Positions 13,389 through 25,212 of a DNA stretch of 64,000 nucleotides are shown here, in pieces. The position numbers were made by a program, and so were the translations under genes. This DNA comes from Ruditapes philippinarum (taxonomy: Eukaryota), in the NCBI RefSeq assembly GCF_026571515.1, contig NW_026852372.1, positions 62,001 to 126,000 of the forward strand, written 5' to 3'. The notes beneath the pieces were generated by a model that saw only the letters and a program-made list of their open reading frames with translations, searched no databases and was not told the DNA's origin. Position 1 is the first letter of the stretch. Each line of letters begins with the position of its first letter.

Positions 13389-16300
13389 TAGCGTCGGCGT
13401 TGGCGTCACACCTTGGTTAAGTTTTTCGTACCACCCCACTTTATTTCAGAAGTATTACAAGTATGGCTTTGAAACTTACCATACTTGTTCACCATCATAA
13501 CCTCCATCTACAGACAAGAGTACATAACTCTGTCAAGGTTTTTGACAGAATTATGGCCCTTTTTTGACTTAGAAAGTGTATTGAGCTTGGTTAAGTTTTT
13601 TGTACCACCTCACTTTATTTCAAAACCATTGGAGGTATTGCTTTGAAACTGACCATACTTGTTTACCATCACGACCTTCATCAACAGACAAGAGGACATA
13701 ACTCTGTCAAGGTTTTTGACAGAATTATGCCCCTTTTTGACTTAGAAAATACATTGAATATGGGTAAAATCCACTTATTGCCTTAACCCTTTGAGATATT
13801 GCTTTGAAACTTTTAATGCTATTTCACATCATTACCCCCATCTGTACGCAAGAGAAGGTAACTCTGTCAAGGATTTGTTTTAAAAATTAAGGCCTTTTAT
13901 CGACTTAGAATCTTGGTTAAGTTTTTAGTACCAGTCCACTTTTTGACTGAACTGTTTGAGATATTAATTTGAAAGTTGGAATACTTGTTTACAATCATGA
14001 TTCCCAAACATGTCCAGGAGAAGGTAATTCTGTCAAAGATTTTATTTGAATTATGGCCCTTAACTGTCAATGTTTTGTATTATAGGCAAGCACTAAAAAA
14101 CTTAAAAAATCTAAAAAAATTCATTCCTATCCACTTGTTCACTTTACCATAAATTATGTCATATAAACATTGCTGTAATATTCAAGGGTATCAAACAACT
14201 AGTTCACTTTAAAAATACAGAGATTCTTGTATTGCCTTTTACTGCAAAAACTTTTTTTATTGGCAAGCAATAAAAAAGTCGAGCGCGCTGTCTTACGGAC
14301 AGCTCTTGTTTGTCGGGTTGCCTATATATAGAACTGAAATACTAACTTGATGCACGAAGTTCGAAACCATTGTGTAGGTTTCTTCGGGGTAAACAATATA
14401 TGGAATGTTTCTCTTAAAATAAGAAACATTAGCTCTATTGTTCATGAAGGAAATATTTTTTTCGAATATCTGCCTGAACGCCGATTCTTAGCATTTTCGA
14501 TATGCTAATACTTTTTATGGTATACCATTCCTCTTAACCTTAAAATCGTTTACCATAACAACTCTAAATAATGTCACTGACTTTAGAACTTCCCATTTCT
14601 ATATCTAGGCGTTCCATTGTAAAAAAGCGGAAACTTTGTAGCCAATAATTAAAAGTGTCGTCAGACTGGAACTGTAGCTGGCCTGGCTTTATACTGGTTG
14701 CATAGGCAATCTATTATCACAAGGCTTTAAGTCATTCTCTGCGACCATAGGACATTGCATTTTGACATAACACTATAGCACGTGGTCGTAAAATAGAGAC
14801 GATTTAGATTTAATGAATGGGAAGATTAGGATAAAATTTGCATTTAAATATTTTTAATTTGTATGCAAGTGTCCAATCCTTTCTACGCTAAATATCTGTA
14901 ACGGTCTCGGTCATCTTTCAATCTATACAAAATCAATAATTATTTTTAAGAAAAATATAATCAAAATAAGTAAGGACAAAATCGTCAATATTACACCTTA
15001 AGATCTTGGCCTGCATTGGTAGAAGACCTGGTTTCAACTGCAGTCGGCATGATTTTAAGTTAAAGAATATTCTTTTATTGTTATTTATTATATACGTGTT
15101 TAAACAGGTAGCATCTCTAGTCAATATTGCCAGCAATTATTTAAATGCGGATATGGAAGCTCATAGACGAGGAACGTCACATCCGAGTATAGTTCCTTAT
15201 CAGGTATCACATCGGTATTTCTCAATTTCTTTTATTTTTATTATTATTTTTTTTGACAAGCGTGCACCTCATCTCTTTACAATAAATATAAATATTCCCA
15301 ATATTTACCCTGATGAGTATAATTGATATATAATTGACTTAATCTAACCTGATTTAAGATCTTTCTAATAATATCAGTATAGGTAGCTAAGCGCGACACA
15401 ATTCTCATATTGTCACATAACTTTGCACAGACACATTTTTATATTGTCAGGTAACTTAGCGCAGATAATTTTCTGATATTGTCACGTAACAAAGCGCGGA
15501 CGCAATTTTAAAATTGCTAAGTATTTAAGCGCACACAAATTGCTCATATTGCCTCGTAGCTTAGCGCAGACACATTTCTTATAATGTAATTCATTGCCAT
15601 ATAAACATGATAGATTCTTTCATAAACTAAAGAAACACTTTGTTTCCAACATAACAATATACTTATATCAGTTGCTAATTTGACTGTGTTCTAATACAGT
15701 GTTTTAGGCATTTGAGACCTTAATTTATTTAATGCCTGGTTATACATGTATTTCTGTTTTAGGCGTTTGAGACAGTAGATGGGTATGTCATGGCGGGAGC
15801 TGGTAATGATAAACAGTTTGAAATTCTTTGTAAGGTAAAAACATGTGCGAAGTTTGAGCCGCGTCACGACAAAACCAACATAGTGGGTTTGCGACCAGCA
15901 TGGATCCAGACCAGCCTGCGCATCCGCGCAGTCTGATCAGGATCCATGCTGTTCGCTGTCAGTTTCTCCACTTGTAATAGAGTTGGTAAGCGAACAGCAT
16001 GGATCCTGATCAGACTGCGCGGATGCGCAGGCTGGTCTGGATCCATGCTGGTCGCAAACCCACTATGTTGGTTTTGTCGTGACGCGGCTCATATGTAATT
16101 CTTTTCAACTCCGTAAATTATTTGATGGAGAACACTAAATGTATAGTTATATATCAATGTCGGACGCCATTTATCATGTAATTTTGATTTATTTTTTTTA
16201 TTTAGAGAAATCGGCAGTTTGTAAATATTCTGAATTTTCTACATAATTATGTGTTTGTTCGGGATTCTTTCAGTAATTAATTGTTTTGAATATTTTATTA

Positions 16301-19300
16301 AAAGTTTAAAGGGAAAAATGATTTTTGTACACAATGAAAAATGATAAACATTTCAATGCAAATGAAAATGTTCAGCTTACTTATTATGATTCATATATGT
16401 TTTATCTTAAAAACTTACGAAAGAAAATAACGATTGTTTAGCGTATAGGTTTACCCGATGTTTGTGACAAACAAGATTATGCAACAAACAGACGGAGAGT
16501 ACATAACAGGAAGTCGCTGATAGACATATTAAGCAAGAGGTAAACAATTTGAAAAAACACAGAACAACCATATAATAAACAAAAACAACAAAACAAAACT
16601 TCGAAAGAAAACAAGAACAACACATGTAGCAGAAACAACAAAAGCAATTATTATTAGCGTCTTAGTAAAAAAAAAAATTTTGTACACAATTCTGTAAGAT
16701 TTATGACTAGTGTAAACTGTATCGCAGAGAACTTTTCTTTTTATAAATGATTTATGTTATAATGTGCAGGTCACTAAGGCTAAAATAGATCCCTGTTAAA
16801 GTTCCTAGATCATGACTGATTCCGTATATTAGATATTTGGTTAAAATCATCGAGGTCAAATGAGCCGCGTCATGACAACACCAACATAATGCATTTACGC
16901 AGGATCCACGCTGTTCGCTATCAGTTTATCTACTTGTAATAGGGTTTGTAAGCGAACAGCATGGACCCTGATCAGACTGCGCAGGCTGGTCTGGATCCAT
17001 GCTGGTCGCAAACACATTATGTTGGTTTTGTCATGGCGTAGCTCAAATGTTCTTCATACATGTAGAACCTTACTTGTATTTATTGACTGGAGCTAAATGT
17101 TAAACTATTTCCACTATCTCTGTAGTTTAGCAATATTTTAGTGGTGTTAGACCGGTAATTGATATCATGATATTATTGTACGTTTTAGATTCAAATTAAA
17201 GACAACTTCTGATTGGTTGTGTGTATTGAGGGATTCTGGGATACCTTACGGACCAATCAACAATATGCAGCAAGTTTTCTCCGATCCTCAGGTTTGTCAA
17301 TTATTTCATTTTGGATATAATCTATTCTCTTATTTTTGATATTTTCTAGAAACTTATTTTATAGTTTCACCAGATTTACAATAAAGAGTCAACTTTGGCC
17401 ATTTTAGGCGTTTTTTTACGGTTTTCCGGTTTCTGTTTCTCTATATTTTATTGTTCTTAACTTGCCAGATATTGCTGAATTTGTGTACAGGACTTGCCCA
17501 GCTTTAAGTTTGCTATTTCAAAGGGGTTTCAATGGCTATTCTTACTCTAGGCAAGTGACTTTCACTGTTTGTTCATAAAAACTGACTCTAGGCAAGTGAC
17601 TTTCACTGGTAGTTTAAAAAACTGACTCCAGGCAAGTGACTTTCACTGTTTGTTCATAAAAACTGACTCTAGGCAAGTGACTTTCACTGTTTGTTCATAA
17701 AAACTGACTCTAGGCAAGTGACTTTCACTCTTTGTTCATAAAAACTGACTCTAGGCAAGTGACTTTCACTGGTAGTTTAAAAAAACTGAACTCTAGGCAA
17801 GTGACTTTCACTGTTTGTTCATAAAAACTGACTCTAGGCAAGTCAGTTTCACTGATAGTTTAAACAACTGACTCTAGGCAAGTGACTTTCACTGTTTGTT
17901 CATAAAAAACTGACTCTAGGCAAGTCACTTTCACTGGTAGTTTAAAAAACTGAATCTAGGCAAGTGACTTTCACTGTTTGTTCATAAAAACTGACTCTAG
18001 GCAAGTGACTTTCACTGTTTGTTCATAAAAACTGACTCTAGGCAAGTTACTTTAAACTGTTTGTTCATAAAAACTGACTCTAGGCAAGTGACTTTCACTG
18101 TTTGTTCATAAAAACTGACTCTAGGCAAGTGACTTTCACTGTTTGTTCATAAAAACTGACTCTAGGCAAGTGACTTTCACTATTTATTCATAAAAACTGA
18201 CTCTAGGCAAGTGACTTTCACTGTTTGTTTATAAAAACTGACTCTAGGCAGTGACTTTCACTGTTTGTTCATAAAAACTGACTCTAGGCAAGTGACTTTC
18301 ACTGTTTGTTCATAAAAAAACTAACTAGAGGCAAGTCAGTTTCACTGGAGTCGATAAAAACAAGCTAGTATTCACAAGTGATCAAAACTGTAAAACTGTA
18401 TCTAAAATGCATTTTTGTTACAGATCGGAATTGTTTGATTAATGCTTAATATTACTTTTCGATACTTCCATAATGGCTGGGTAACTGATCAGTCTGCGAC
18501 AGTAAATCAAAGAAACATGTATTATAATTACTTTGGGATACACATTTGCTTTCTTCTATAGTAGTGTTTTGGGATTTTTTATTGTTTCCGTCGTCCAAAT
18601 CGTCTATTAGCGTCCAAATCGTTCTATTACAGTATTTTGAATGATGCTCCACTGAGAACCTTCCCTCTGAAATGTGGGTCTGTTTTTGACTCAGGCATGG
18701 TTCTTAATGGACTGTGTTCTTTAAACGCAAGTTTTCCTTGTTGACATTTGTCTCCATATTTTTCAGTATTGAAACCTAATATAGAATGTTTGTGAACTAG
18801 TGACCAAATCTAGTACATGTACTAGTAAAATAGAAGAGTGTCTCCCTTTTGTTTAAATACCAGAAGTCTCTAACTACATAAACGTAAATTATGATTTTTT
18901 TAAACAGGTGCTACATAACTGCATGATTCAGAAGATGGATCATCCTACAGCCGGGGATATACGTGTAGCAGGTAATACATATATAATATGTGTATATTTT
19001 GTGAGGATATTAACAGTATCTCGTTTAACAAGTCAATAGTGGTCTTTGTCCTGAAAAAAAAAACAAATATATTAATATTTCAATTCTTATTTTGATATCT
19101 AACCTTTACCTTGCAGATTTTTTTTATATTGACTTGTCCACCATCCATTGTTGGAACTGTCCATTATTAATAATTTGAATATCAAGGTGAAAATTTGATT
19201 GGTCACCTAACAGTATAGAGCCTGATCAGACTACGGTAGAACTGACTGACCTGGTTCTATACTGGTGGCAAAAAATTATCCGTTATGGGTTCATAATATC

Positions 19301-22136
19301 TATTTTTTAACTTGCTGTTCTCGAAAAATAGATTTTGTGATGCGCTTGAGACGTGTTACGGGATCAAATAAGTAAATAAAAAAGTTATTGAAAAACATTA
19401 AAAAGCTTTAAGATAAGGAAGATGTAAATTATTATTATAAACACGTTCGATAACGTAAAACAAGATAGTGGAACGCACAAAAGATTGTGGGTATAGACCG
19501 GAAAATGTTCTATTTTAAAGCTTCTTACCCCTCCGTATCATGACAATTTTAAGATTGTGACGTGTTCAAAATATAGGCATGTAGATTGAAAGTCAGCTTT
19601 GATGTCTGTAGCTCATATCCCAAAGTAAATAGGGGAAATCAGGAAAATATCTGATCAATATTTGCTGTTTAGAAAAGTGAAAAGGGGGATCGCGTCAATG
19701 GGAAAGATAAATAAGATGTATACTAACTACTACATAATTTGTTTGATTGACATATCTAGAGCAGATTTGTGTATTATCAACCATGCATGTACACATGTGT
19801 GGTGGTTGCGAGACACATTGTTATTCAGTCAGTCCAATCAGGATGGCAGTTTTCAAAACTAGCACCATGTTCCCTAGGTTTGTTATTTTTAAACGATAAA
19901 GGATGACTGCCAATGTCAAATGTTATAATTTGACCAAAATGAAAATAAAATAAAAAAATCTTTGGCGGCATTAGTAAAGACAGTTGCTTGGCCAAGCCGG
20001 ATATTTTGTCCGACAATGTTGTCATATTGCAGCCTTCTACACAATGCTTCTGATTGTACACTGTCATGAATAGCCTTCTGCATTTTAAAGGCAAATAATT
20101 AAGTATGCTGAAAAAACAATCATGAACTATTAGTGATATAATCAGTTGATAACTGCCGAACATTTTATGTCGTTTCGACAGGGGCCGACAACTCGCCCAA
20201 CGTTATAAAAAGGAGATCACATACACAAAGCAATATATTTGCATCTAGATAAGCAGATATGTAGATACTCAATATAAAAGCGGGCATAACATTCATAAAA
20301 ATCACAAAAATAAACCTCCCATTTCAATTTAATAGCTGAATTTTAAGAACAAACTAATTATAATACATTGTCTTAAAGTAGTGTTCTGTCTATAGTAAAA
20401 ATTCCTTGACACTGACAAAAATTGCGACGACTATTTCCGGAAAAGATACAGGATGTAATTGTGGACGTCATGAAGTTTGATTGGCATATTAATAATTACA
20501 GCAACAATTTGAATTATGAAAAAGTAATAAGTGGTCGGAGAATGATCACGAACAAAAATCAACTTTATACGAGAAAAACCTTTGAAGCTGTAATTTGACT
20601 AATTTCTTTTTCTTGTACAGGCTGATAATTCATTTATTGGCAACTGTAAGAGATAATTCCAAAGACTGAATTGTTATACAAAATGTTATGTATTGATGGA
20701 ATTTATAAAGTCATGGGACAGTAAATATTAATGTTGGCAATGTTATATAATGTGCAAGTGTTATAAAAGCTTACTGCGGCGTTTTAATATTGACTCAATA
20801 TTATTACTTGAACAATTTTAGAAAAAAATACATAAAGACATGTTACATATGGATTGTCTAAATTTTAGATTTACGGATCTAGATTGATAAATATCCACAT
20901 CATAATATATTAAAGTTTTGGGAACAGAAAAATGATTTTGTTTCAGACGCTTATGATAATGACTTTTTTTCACTCACAAAATATACAACATATCTCATAA
21001 TATAGATATAATTAGCAAAATGTTCAGTTATTGAAATGTGTATCTAAGTGATAATTAACGTGACGTTATTTGTGGAAAACTGTCGAATCACCAATACTAC
21101 ATTAAACCGCATTTGGCCGGTCAGATTTTCCTCTTTTTTATGCCACCACAGCAGAAAAACTAAAATTAAGACAGCCCATGTAATTTTGTGAGATGTCTTT
21201 ATGTAACTTTTCTAAAACTGTTATATAGACTTAAAAAATCTAATTTTGAAAAACTACTTGTCCAATTTCAACCAAACTTGGCAGGATTTATTCTTTGGCA
21301 AAGGGCTTCTAATGTTGTTCAAAGAATTTGATTCCATACAAAAATATGGTTGCCATGGCAACCAAAAGGAATAATAATAAATTTAAAAAAATCTCAAAAA
21401 AAATCTCTTGTAAAGACTCACACGGCCTAGAACATAGATATTTTGCATAAAAGATTGTTTGGTAGACATCTACCAAGATTGTTAAAATTATAGCCTTTGG
21501 GTCACTACAAGGCTTGGAGCTTTGATATTTGGTATATAATATCATCTATAAGTCCTCTACAAAAGCTGTCTAAATTTGCCCCTGTTGTTAAAATTTTCTC
21601 TGCCCCTGCATAGTATAGATGTAAAATTGAACTTTGAAAATTGGAACAAATATATTCGCGTTAATATTCAATGGGTCTTTCCATATATATCCGAAACCAT
21701 TAGAGTACAAATATCCTTTACAACAGAAAACCAGTTTGACTTCCCGCAGCAACTATCACATAATAGCCATAAATACATTTTCGATACGATACATTTGTTT
21801 GTATGTATGATTTTAAACCAGAATCTTATTATTTTCACATTTTGCGCATACATCAATGGTCCAGACGTGCATAAAATGTTATTACATGCAAACAGAAATA
21901 TACAAAGTAAAGTAAAAGAAATGTTCTGTTTTTGACTTTGAATAATATCATATAACAACATTTTATTTTTTATTTATCATTTGATAGGTCCGGCTGTGAA
22001 ATTTGGGGCTACAGATACTGTATTGAATCACGTTCCACCATTACTTGGAGAGCATACACGAGAGGTGTTGATGGAGTTGTTAGAGATGACGGATACTGAT
22101 ATAGACTGTCTTATAAAACAAGGGATAGTGAAATGA
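5649..22136 (+). CDS. SUGCT: Succinate--hydroxymethylglutarate CoA-transferase (CaiB/BaiF family III CoA-transferase), 14 coding exons, 437 aa
   Basis: Exons: 5649-5706, 6232-6337, 7491-7564, 8169-8254, 10319-10369, 10817-10937, 11564-11655, 12705-12848, 15108-15203, 15763-15834, 16442-16539, 17189-17291, 18908-18971, 21988-22136. All are GT-AG with matching phases, 1314 nt in total. The translation carries family motifs [97 protein letters not shown] (catalytic Asp region), [17 protein letters not shown] and PPLLGEHT. The basic N-terminus lacks acidic residues and resembles a mitochondrial transit peptide. Confidence 0.95.
6353..6523. mobile_element. Palindromic MITE family A, copy 1 (right arm internally deleted)
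   Basis: GAGCCGTGTCATGACAAAACCAACATAA...TTATGTTGGTTTTGTCATGACACGGCTC; homologous to the copies at 15856, 16862 and 29354. Confidence 0.88.
6736..6995 (+). mobile_element. Degenerate tRNA-derived SINE
   Basis: A-box-like TGGCTGGGTGGTTAAGG and B-box-like GGTTCAAGACC, followed by a SINE-like body ending ...aagctgggaagtgaccatatgacc. A shorter related head lies at ~12922-12970. Confidence 0.65.
10039..10136. repeat. 32-bp tandem triplication at the end of a decayed Helentron-type element (~9500-10140)
   Basis: TCTGCAGAATTATGGCCCTTTTACTAGCGTGC x3; the core gaattatggccctt also occurs in the internal repeats of 13312-14310. Confidence 0.8.
11082..11295. repeat. Degenerate ~16-bp tandem repeat (TAGATGATTGAATCCG)
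   Basis: Multiple imperfect units in SUGCT intron 6. Confidence 0.7.
13200..14430 (+). repeat. Older interspersed repeat split by the Helentron-type insertion
   Basis: 13200-13311 joined to 14310-14430 aligns by eye with the uninterrupted copy at ~31288-31490. Confidence 0.7.
13312..14310 (+). mobile_element. Helentron-associated non-autonomous element (HINE/DINE-like architecture) with internal satellite-like repeats
   Basis: Starts TTTTTAGCTCGACT, followed by a (GGCGTC)n microsatellite at ~13360-13408 and 3-4 diverged ~175-bp internal repeats. Ends with the subterminal inverted AGTCGAGC, a short hairpin GCTGTC-ttacg-GACAGC and a T-rich tail. Confidence 0.82.
15375..15585. repeat. Degenerate ~35-bp tandem repeat
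   Basis: Recurrent (taac/tagc)ttagcgcagacacattt..tatattgtca units in SUGCT intron 9. Confidence 0.65.
15856..16090. mobile_element. Palindromic MITE family A, copy 2 (full length, 235 bp)
   Basis: Perfect ~102-bp inverted arms (15856-15957 and 15989-16090) around a ~31-nt spacer; GAG...CTC termini. Confidence 0.92.
16862..17044. mobile_element. Palindromic MITE family A, copy 3 (deletions in both arms)
   Basis: Same termini, flanked on both sides by AAAT (candidate 4-bp TSD). Confidence 0.88.
17544..18360. repeat. 41-bp minisatellite (~20 units) in SUGCT intron 12
   Basis: Consensus ACTCTAGGCAAGTGACTTTCACTGTTTGTTCATAAAAACTG, with an interspersed variant ...CACTGGTAGTTTAAAAAACTG. Confidence 0.96.
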
Positions 22137-22570
22137 CTCTAAAATGTGTTCGAAGAGTACAAGTATTAATACGTATACGGATCATATATACAGTATCAAC
22201 ATGTGTTTTATGCGCCCTAAAGAATGGTTTATAAGATTTCACACGTTGAGTTTGCAGTGCGCATTACTTAAAGGTCAGTGTTGAAAAGCTACCATCGTTC
22301 AAGCTTCATAAGTCCTGATTCCATTGAATATATCGTTATAATGGAGTCAGATCTTTACAATTCTCGGGCTTCTTATTTTCAGTATATTCGAAGATCACCA
22401 GTCTACGGATTCATGATTAGCGAATATATTTCTATAGCAGATCTTAATATAAACTTTTCGATACTACAACATTGCAAAGGTCATGTGGTCATTATTTTGT
22501 TATATTTATGCGACAAACATTCCCAAAATCCAAGCTGAAAGATTTGTTTTGTTCAAAGCTCTGCAGAATT

Positions 22571-22576
22571 AATAAA
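22571..22576 (+). terminator. Candidate polyadenylation signal (AATAAA) of SUGCT
   Basis: First AATAAA I found after the stop codon at 22134-22136. Confidence 0.45.
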
Positions 22577-23421
22577 ATTAAAACAATTTGAGTTGACTTT
22601 TGAACCTACTGGCTGATTGTTAATTATGTTCATTGTGAATTTTAGAACTGAAAGAGTTTATACATGTAGCTGGCATAATTAGATAATAAAAATGTCTGAA
22701 TACTGAGTCGTTAAAAAATCTCCAAACCATTCTTGCAGAAAAATCTGCTAATTCTTTCCAACTTACTTGACCTTCTGAAAGAGGATACGATACGATATTC
22801 AATAACTTATAAAACAAGACTTACGAAGAATTTTTTTTATAAATATGCTTTCTTTTTTTATTGAAAGTAATTTAAAGATAGTGTCCAATATTACTATGGC
22901 GTTATAATAAACACTTGATCCCCTCCAAGTGATGGATGGGACTTTACTAAATGCGAGATGGAGGAAGACCTCGGGGGACCCCTCCTTGCGACTTTGTGTA
23001 CGATATTATATGAGCAGCAGTTCAGGAAAAGAAACGGAACTAACTGAAAACTATATACGGTGGTGATATCAAGTTTCCTGCATTTTTCTTGTAAACGATA
23101 AACAAGAAATAAGTTTGAAATAAAAAAGTACCATGACAGTCCTCGGAAGATCTGACAATCATTTATAAAAATAAAGAAAATATGTTTAACTATCGGACAG
23201 AGCATACGTCACAGAAAATGGTATATGATTTGTTATTATAAAGGGAAAAAAACAACGATTTATTCTGCCACAACACTTTATTTTCATAAAAAAGAAGCAA
23301 AAACAACAAAGAAAAATACATTGTAATCAAAATAAATTAACATATTACATGTACAAATGATGACAGTATTGATAAAAGTAGGTCATGTGAGTATATTACC
23401 GTCTATTTTTTACTTAAAGAG

Positions 23422-23752
23422 GCACATTTGTCGATCAAAGTTAAGGCATAATTGTCGATCAAAGTTAAAACACAATTGTCGATCAAAGTTAAGGCATAAT
23501 TGGCGATCAAAGTTAAAACACAATTGTCGATCAAAGTTAAGGCATAATTGGCGATCAGAGTTAAAGCACAATTGTCGATCAAATTTAAGGCATAATTGTC
23601 GATCAAAGTTATGGCATAATTGGCGATCAAAGTTAAAGCACAATTGTAAATCAAAGTTATCAAAGGTAAAGCACAATTGGTGATCAAAGTAAAGCACTAT
23701 TGTCGATCAATGTTAAAGCACAATTGTCGTTTAAAGTTAAGGCATAATTGCA
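23422..23752. repeat. 24-bp minisatellite with alternating variants (48-bp dimer)
   Basis: AATTGTCGATCAAAGTTAAGGCAT alternates with AATTG(T/G)CGATCAAAGTTAAA(A/G)CAC; ~13 units. Confidence 0.93.
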
Positions 23753-25212
23753 ATTGATGCAAAGACAACTTTTTGTGACTGAAAAAAGCACATAAACACT
23801 GAAAAAAAAAAAAGTTTTAACAACTGAAAATTCGTCATGAGTTTTCTATACAACGTTTTAGAAGTTAAAATAGCAGACAATGAAAAGTGTACGTTGCACC
23901 GGCTTCTTCAGCGCTTATATAATGACTGCGATGAATGTTACTACAAGACAACAAAAACATAACAACAATGGCATGAATTTAACATGCGGACAGACCTCTG
24001 TAAATGATTTAGTCGTCTTAAATAATTTCAAAGAAAATATGATTCATTTCGAAAAGGCGTGTAATTTGACATCCAAAAACTTTTTATACATGTAAATAGT
24101 CATCCACGATATACTTAATTGACAATTAATGGACCTAGACATAGCATGTTTAGATAATGAAAGATCGACGACGAGCAAAATGTTTGTGACAAATATTGTT
24201 ACGCCATGAGCAGCGCTTGTTTATGAAAGAACAATAACTTTAAAATTTGAAGCAATAATGTACTAGTCGCGGAAAAGAAAAAAAAAAGTGTACATGTTAC
24301 AGAGTATCTTTTTATTATCTTTGTGCTGTATATTAACTAAATAAAAATGTTTCTATGAGACTAAACAAAGATAATTATCATGTACTTGCTCATTTTACTA
24401 AAGTTTGTTACTTTCATTACAGATACAAATGACTGCTCAAAAACAAATTACTTCCAAAATGAAATAGTGTTTTTGTAGGCAATATATATACAACGTATGA
24501 CATGATATAATACAAGAATACAAACAGATGACCACATATATATCATGCAACGACTTTTTAAAAATGTACAGAACACTAATAAGACAAGTTCCTTGGAATA
24601 ATCAAAACTTTAAATGAGGTAGTGAATGAACAATGGGCATCTTATATAAGCTTGCGCTCAAATATTTGACAATGCTTTACAACAGAGCTGACATTTTACG
24701 TCGCCAGCAGGCGCGCCCGACACTTTCGATGTCATTTCTCTCATCTGATAATAACAATCTTTTGAATAATTGTATATCTTAAATTAACCACAAGTGTTTA
24801 AAATTTGCAACAAGTGTCTCTATAAGATCGAAAGCAGATCTCAACCAACTTGATTCTGTTGATGAGTGACTGAGGGCTTTGATTAAAGAAAACATACAAC
24901 AACGAGAGAACGAGCGACAAAAGTTGTTTGGGAAAGTGTAACGTGCACATGTTGACGCATACTTTAGCTCCACCAATCAAAAGAGATCTTAGTAATACAT
25001 TCAAAAATGCAGTATAATTATAAAACAGTTTTCCTTGCCGCCTCGCTGACAAGATCATTTCCACTGACACTTTAATAATAATTTCACCGGCTTTCATGTA
25101 GATACTATGAATAATTTAATCAGTTTTAAGCACTAGTATAGTGTTAATACGTTTTGCAATGTAAAATAAATCATTTTCATTTTCCTTTATTTCTCTTCCT
25201 TCGATTCGCACT

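Noticed and set aside
15864-16046. 60-aa [22 protein letters not shown], and the related ORF at 29295-29498
   Set aside because: Lies within or overlaps the palindromic MITE; non-coding repeat.
17544-18360. CRISPR-like array
   Set aside because: Head-to-tail repeats with only two recurring variants and no unique spacers, inside an intron.
23357-23697. Three overlapping ORFs with 8-aa repeats (KHNCRSKL, FDRQLCLN)
   Set aside because: By-product of a 24-bp repeat that lacks stops in several frames; no splice or domain support.
24779-25097. Cys-containing minus-strand ORFs as the missing TGF-beta mature domain
   Set aside because: No W-x-x-W-I-I-x-P, C-x-G-x-C or terminal C-x-C pattern and no suitable phase-1 acceptor; probably 3' UTR.
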